Assembly: GCA_002633005.1 (NCBI GenBank)
Contig: NMRA01000251.1
Coordinates: forward strand, 142,414 to 185,699
Reading direction: 5' to 3'
DNA: 43,286 nucleotides
DNA from: Phoronis australis
Lineage: Eukaryota > Animalia > Phoronida
Of this stretch, positions 38,115 through 43,286 are shown in pieces. How positions within the stretch are numbered: position 1 is the stretch's first letter; the number at the start of each line of letters is the position of its first letter. The notes under the pieces are model-generated. The model saw nothing but the letters and a program-made list of their open reading frames with translations. It was not told the DNA's origin and searched no databases. The position numbers were made by a program, and so were the translations under genes.

Positions 38115-40545
38115 TTTTTTAATACGAAATCACTACGATAACGCGCATACTGGGTTCCCGAGTCACATCGTGCGCTCCAGCAATGAAACTGACAATGCAA
38201 TGAGCTAGTGCACTGCTATTCCTATTTGTGGGTCCAAACCGCGTCGTCAATTGGGCCCAAAATGGTATCTCTAAACATCGAAATAGCTAAGAGATAGAAA
38301 ATCATTAAATTGCCATGTTCCTCAGGTTTAAATTTTTAGTGTCCACGGATTGAGGTGACCCCATTTTCTTTTTTGTCTCGTTTTAAATATTCACAAAATT
38401 CACGTAATCACAATGAAATTGCAAATTATTGCAGGGGATCTGACTGCGCTGATGTCTAGGAGAAAATGGACGATTCGTCATTCGCTATGCACACCCTGAA
38501 CATGTACATGTAGTGCTAAGAAATTGTTCTCATGTTTGACATCTGGACAGATTGAGAGCAGAAAGCCTTTCAACAGTATAGGGACGATCGTTTGATAAGG
38601 TGACCACGTGAATTACAATGGCAACATCCCTTATACTCAGGAATCTCGCGAGTAAATTATAAGTGGTCAACTGCTTCGCTTGTAATGCATGGCGATATCT
38701 CCCGAAGTCATGCAATTTTACCAGGTCTTTGGGTCTACGGAACGCTGCTCTGCACCCCGTCATTTCCATGCGAAAAACTTTTGCTTCACTTGCAACGATG
38801 ATTTATAGTGTTGATGCGGGCTAAGAAATACAAGCTTACCAAGGATATCCACGAACATTAATAACTAAGCATTCCAGTTCATACACCTGTACTCAGATGG
38901 AAATTGGGTGGCATGGAAAATGGATATCTCACCTGCTAAAGGTATCTTACCTGCTAAAATGAGTCTTTTAGACTCTGTGGTATTACAGGCCTTTGGAATG
39001 CAAATGCCAGTAGTGATGCGTGGACGCTGGAAATGATACAATATTACCGTCAATGGGAGTCTTCAGATAACTTTAAAGTAATAGCCTGACATTACCACTT
39101 CTAACAATGATTATTAAAACAAGACCTTCGATTCACACGGCCATTCACTTTTTGCCGGGGGGGGTACAAATGTATGTTGCAATTGGAGTATTGCTAGGAA
39201 AGGCAATACAATACTCCAGCAAACAGCAACTTCAAACAATTGCAATTTCAAAAATCAACAAATTATCATGTATCATCGGACTGTCAGTTTAGTATTTCAT
39301 AATTTTAACAATCAGAAAATTTGACCAAGAACGCTTGCTTAATCACTTCAAGAAGCAGGGTTAGTTCTAGTCTGCGTTAGTGTGGTCGGGTGAAATTGTG
39401 TTTCGACAGCTCTAAGTTGAAAAAACATGGTGTCAGTGAAGGTGTCATATTTTCCACACGAAACAAGTTTCTGTCAGGCAGTCACGCACTTGTTTGAACT
39501 AGAGCCAACGGAAGAGTGGTGCGTGCGAAGAAGTGGTTGCTTACGATTTACATATATAGTCGTTAGCGACCAATATGAAGGTGTTCGAGGCAGGCTTGGC
39601 AAGGTAAGACGTGTATAACTTCAAGTTAATACATTTATATGGTTTTGAAGCAAATTCAGGTATTTCGCTAAATTTGATGTTGGCAGGCGCATACTTATTT
39701 TCTTCATTCCGGGCGCGAACCAGAACGAAGTGCGTTTTAATCCATAGGCAGAATCGTGTATCAGGAAGAACGTTAATTACTAAAATTGATTCGGTCTGAA
39801 GAATTAGAAATAATTGATAATTCACTTACATAGTACTTAGAGAGAGATATGGGACTGGGCACATGTGTGAAGCAGTATTGACCTTCAAAAGGAAGCGAGC
39901 CGTCGTTCGAGTTTGCCTCAACGCATTCTCGGTAAGATCCCAAGCTGAGAGTTCTCCCATCTCTCAGCAGCGAAGAAGGCAATTTTCCAAAAGAATCGAT
40001 TACTAGAATGAACAACAGTAACATTGCTTCTTGGAAAGCACATGTAAGTTACATCAGGTTTACTTGCAATTCAAAGTACATGTAAGATTATTACTCATGT
40101 AGCCTACAAGAGTACCACGCAAGTGTCTGGTAGAGTTTATACCAAATTAACAGCAAGTATGCCTGAGAGGAATTGTACCTTTAATCGCCCATGGCTGTTT
40201 GTTTAAGAGTCCCAGAAGTAGGGCCTGGTATGACTTGAGACATGAATCTGACACGCCGTCAACGGTCCAACCACCTGCGGTATCATTTCCAGCTGCTACC
40301 GGCTCCTTTGCATACTGAATTGCCTCAATTACATTTGGGTATTCCTCAAAAAATGAAATTCTCTCTGCCGCCGCCTCTTTTTTCCATTGGAAGTTCGATA
40401 GTTCCTGAACACCGTGGTGGTATTCCGTAAGGAGCGAGAACTGTTGTTGTTTGAGACTATCCTGCCATTCGTCGAAGTCATTCAAGCTGAAAACACCAGC
40501 AATGAAGAGGAAGAGGGCTATCACTTTATCGGTTTTCAAAATCAT
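22896..40545 (-). CDS. nrf-6-like: NRF-6/O-acyltransferase-like protein, paralog B, 15 coding exons, 742 aa; host of the nested tetraspanin gene
   Basis: Exons (descending): 40545-40179, 40002-39830, 39026-38951, 37857-37731, 36949-36789, 36423-36253, 35683-35590, 35126-35034, 34617-34455, 32704-32625, 32336-32217, 32062-31921, 30906-30705, 24649-24507, 23012-22896. All GT-AG, same phases as paralog A; 2229 nt, open to TAA. Motifs: DSFGK, LGSYREC, GQYC, GICIP..C, CLNGIRFLSMTWVILGHT, SVDTFFLMSG, HRYVRLTP, CMGWSWYLANDMQF, YVRPWTR, PLSRLTYCAYLVHP, FEAP. Start chosen at MILKTDKVIALFLFIAGVFS (signal-like); an in-frame upstream ATG exists at 40611. Confidence 0.93.
25017..25022 (-). terminator. Candidate polyadenylation signal (AATAAA) of the nested peripherin-like gene
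   Basis: TTTATT on the + strand, ~56 nt downstream of the TAA at 25078-25080. Confidence 0.45.
25078..30264 (-). CDS. PRPH2-like: Peripherin-2/ROM1 (RDS)-like tetraspanin, 4 coding exons, 535 aa, nested in intron 13 of NRF-6 paralog B
   Basis: Exons 30264-29702, 28761-28524, 26784-26682, 25781-25078 (GT-AG; intron phases 2,0,1; 1608 nt open to TAA). Four hydrophobic segments. EC2 motifs DFVQIEHSCCG..YVDWF..EW and DSVPFSCCDPMRSRPC...LGC, and post-TM4 RLLQTSLE and FGWLL, match the peripherin/ROM1 signatures (DMLQIEFKCCG, DGVPFSCCNPSSPRPC, RYLQTSL, GWLL). Exon 4 is the least certain. Confidence 0.88.
26310..26580. mobile_element. Partial copy (right half) of the MITE at 41861-42266, in intron 3 of the nested gene
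   Basis: Shares CTTTGATA, ATGCAACGCCCCT and AAGATTTA.G.AACTTAGTT.A.TCC...GGACTGTTT.ATGCAACCGG with ~41985-42268. Confidence 0.6.
29555..29631. mobile_element. 77-bp GC-rich mini-MITE with TIRs and a 5-bp target-site duplication
   Basis: CATGGGCGGAGCA...TGCGCCGCCCATG flanked by CCTTG at 29550-29554 and 29632-29636. Confidence 0.8.
33444..33682. mobile_element. Short non-autonomous DNA-transposon-like repeat, copy 2 (gene B intron 9), left end missing
   Basis: Collinear similarity with 12906-13113. Confidence 0.6.
36176..36245. repeat. Imperfect (ACC)n-rich tract just inside gene B intron 6
   Basis: Repeated ACC/CCA triplets; these produce the spurious Gly-rich ORF extension. Confidence 0.6.
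38053..38112. repeat. (AT)30 microsatellite
   Basis: Perfect dinucleotide run. Confidence 0.98.
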
Positions 40546-41302
40546 GCCAGGTGATTCAAAACCATTCAACAGATAGGAAATAAATAATACATTCATATCC
40601 ATAAAACGCATGTATTTATAGTGTAGATATCAGCACCCTGTACCGGCATTATCTTGGCAATGTCCCGTGATTCCCTACTCTGAAAACAGTTAAGCGCCAA
40701 AGTGTAGCCCGAATGTAAAGCCTACTTCGGAGGCGACAGATGACAATTCTGCTAAGTTCCTAACAACAAAGCATTTCATTATTATGAATCATGACACACG
40801 TTTTCTTTCATAGTTTTGTATGGCCTTGAAATAAAACGTGCTCCATCAGTCGGAGGTTAACCGTAATTTCTTTGTTTACAAAGGATAATATACTCTGTTA
40901 AGTATTGGGTCTACCATCTGTAGATGTAAATGTAATTCAGTAAATCTTTGAGGTAACAGAGTACAATGGGTTTAATTATCATGTGAGGATAAAAGATAGT
41001 GTGGAATGGAATCAGAGTGATTGCGACACAATGTACACTATAACAACCGTCATGTGAGGATTTTATGAATATGGTTTACGCTACTGTATGACGGGTACTA
41101 GACCCAAGTACCGAGAAAAAATAATTATGATAGGCATACGTTACATTGGGGGGGGGGGGGGGGTTATCAAAATTTTCTTGCCAGAGCTATCACTTACCAC
41201 ATTTAAGCCGTAAGTGATAGCTTTTTAAAATCGTTGTGGTAGTTTACTGTCAGCTAAGTGACCCAGTTGTAGAATCGGAATCAAAACCAGCCGTACCAAA
41301 AC

Positions 41303-41311
41303 ACCGGAAGT
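41303..41311 (+). promoter_or_regulatory. ETS-type motif (ACCGGAAGT) ~760 bp upstream of the gene B start codon; candidate promoter element
   Basis: Single consensus match only. Confidence 0.25.
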
Positions 41312-41860
41312 CAACTAGTACTGGAACCCATCCGACCTATCAACATTCACCTAGTGGTCAGCTTCAAAGCTGTTGCAGAATACCATGGGTGGTTGTGGAA
41401 ATCGCTTCCCTCTAAGTTGCATTTCCACCGCTGTAATTGCATGAAAACGAATTTTAACACCAGTCTTTTATTTTCACGAAACCGGGCACATGCTCTTAGT
41501 TACGGTATTAGAGTTCTTCACCCGTTACAAAAAGAGGAACCACCATCCTGTCGGGAACTCGCATTACAGCTTATTGTAACCGGGACAAGTCATCGAGTTC
41601 AACAGTTTTTGTCTATGTAGTTACATTTCAAAACGGAATCTCGCTTCAGACATTTGTGGCGGCAGACGCATGGAACTGAACAAGTCACATGCGAATTGGT
41701 GTCGGTTACTCCAGAAATGAAGACATCAATCAAATTATGATTGTGAGTTTTCGATTATTGTTTTCTGTTATCACTGTTCGTACAAGCACTCTAAGCGACG
41801 ACTCAAAATATGCGAGGCTGCACTGCAAGTTACATGTATATAAATGGGGAGTAAGTGCGT

Positions 41861-42266
41861 GGTTGCATGGAACAGTACCAAATAGAGATTCAGCTAATTT
41901 GCCTAAAATATGTTGAGTATTTTTGAAATAGAAAAAATACCAATTGTGATTTCTTAGACAATTTTAATTTGAATATTAAGTTATTTTTGACTTTGATATA
42001 ACTCAGCAATAAACTCTACGTTAAGTTTTCAATATCATTGGAAATATATATGCAACGCCCCTAAGTTAGGAACTACATACCTCTTTAGTTTAAGTGACAT
42101 AAGGGCTCATTTTATACTTATATCATTGTAAAGTGTTCTTAATCGTAGAATTCCCCAAAAATACAATTGTAGACAGACATCACACATGTGTGTAAAGAGC
42201 GACACCTACAGGCATAAGATTTAAGCAACTTAGTTGAATCCATTTCGGGGACTGTTTTATGCAACC
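41861..42266. mobile_element. ~410-bp MITE with ~50-bp imperfect TIRs (PIF/Harbinger-like by inference)
   Basis: Left GGTTGCATGGAACAGTACCAAATAGAGATTCAGCTAATTTGCCTAAAAT versus reverse complement of the right end GGTTGCATAAAACAGTCCCCGAAATGGATTCAACTAAGTTGCTTAAATCT. A second partial copy lies at 26310-26580. Confidence 0.7.
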
Positions 42267-42924
42267 GGGTGCCATATCCCATATACAAGGAAGCTGCCTT
42301 CAGAGCATCTGAAAGGGATGCGTGGATATGTGACAAATGATAGCATACAGTGTACATGTAACATACAAGCGACTGGGCATAGGCCTGCACTGTTATCTTC
42401 TTCCCTGACCGCAAGGAATTTTACCCAGATCGGTGTAAATTCTGTACACGTGTTCCCATCTCAAGGTATCCATTCACGTATTCAATGCAAAAACTTTGGG
42501 TCTGTTGTGGTTACTACTACGCTGCACGTCCAAGGACAGACGTTATCATCATCATAGTTAGTGTAATAGTGAGGATTACTGCAGTCGGTGCTATCGTTTT
42601 CTTGACTGTTTTTGGATGTTCTTTTGATCGCTGGCCTTAGATTTACCGTTGCCGTCAATATGTTGCAGCCCAATCATTGTTCCTTCACTTTCCCCATGCG
42701 ATTTTTCCCAACAGTGGTCTCGACTTGCAACTTTAGCAGATTTTCTTGGGCAGTTTCTCCTCCACACATTTCATGTACATGTACGATAACAGTAACAAAG
42801 CTTTCTGACTTATCTTTACTGGCTTCACCATTTGATACACTGTCTGAAAAAAACACACGTGAACACAGGACTTGCGACATATCTAGCCTACCTCGTCGTC
42901 CACAAGCAAGGCGAATAGAATGGT

Positions 42925-43068
42925 AGAGTTGAGTAAGGCTAGGACCTATGCTAGGACCTCGCTAAAATCTAACCAAAATCACGTGTTCTCATAAAAAATA
43001 CACAGCAATATGCCACGTAATCCCTCGAAGTCCTGCTTCTTAGCGAAGTTCTAGCGTTACTGAACTCT
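42925..43068. repeat. Small inverted-repeat element (~145 bp)
   Basis: AGAGTTGAGTAAGGCTAG..GCTAGGACCTCGCTAA versus TTAGCGAAGTTCTAGCGTTACTGAACTCT; internal duplication of GCTAGGACCT. Confidence 0.55.
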
Positions 43069-43286
43069 CCTCTAATACATGTATGTCTTTTTACATTGTT
43101 GAATCTTCATTCCAATGACGTAATTTGCGATTGGAAACTGTCCATGGGGCCACACATGATTGTCCAGAATTTTGCAACTAAGTGGTAGTTCTCTCAAGAT
43201 GACTGTTAACGCTTTGTTAAGTGGCTGATCTACTGTCGGACTTGATGTCCTCTCTGTCCATAGGTGGATTCAGGGGGGGGGGGGGG

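Noticed and set aside
42482-42880. Possible terminal exon of an upstream gene (acceptor-like TTTTCAG near 42845)
   Set aside because: In-frame stop and no recognisable domain.

Overview
Eukaryotic, intron-rich, AT-rich genomic DNA, most likely from an invertebrate (inferred from gene content and TACATGTA enrichment; species not determinable). By hand-splicing on GT-AG sites I reconstruct three complete multi-exon genes, all on the minus strand. Two are tandem paralogous NRF-6/OACYL-type membrane acyltransferases with identical 15-exon architecture: gene A (4562-17360, 743 aa) and gene B (22896-40545, 742 aa). The third is a 4-exon peripherin-2/ROM1-like tetraspanin (25078-30264, 535 aa) nested on the SAME strand inside intron 13 of gene B, which is the standout feature; the equivalent intron of gene A is only ~300 bp. 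Also present: a 6x45-bp tandem array that multiplies a splice donor of gene A, a 690-bp fold-back palindrome upstream of gene A, several MITE-like elements, decayed L1/Tx1-type LINE fragments, a possible vWA-domain relic and microsatellites. All gene models are manual, with no expression or database support.
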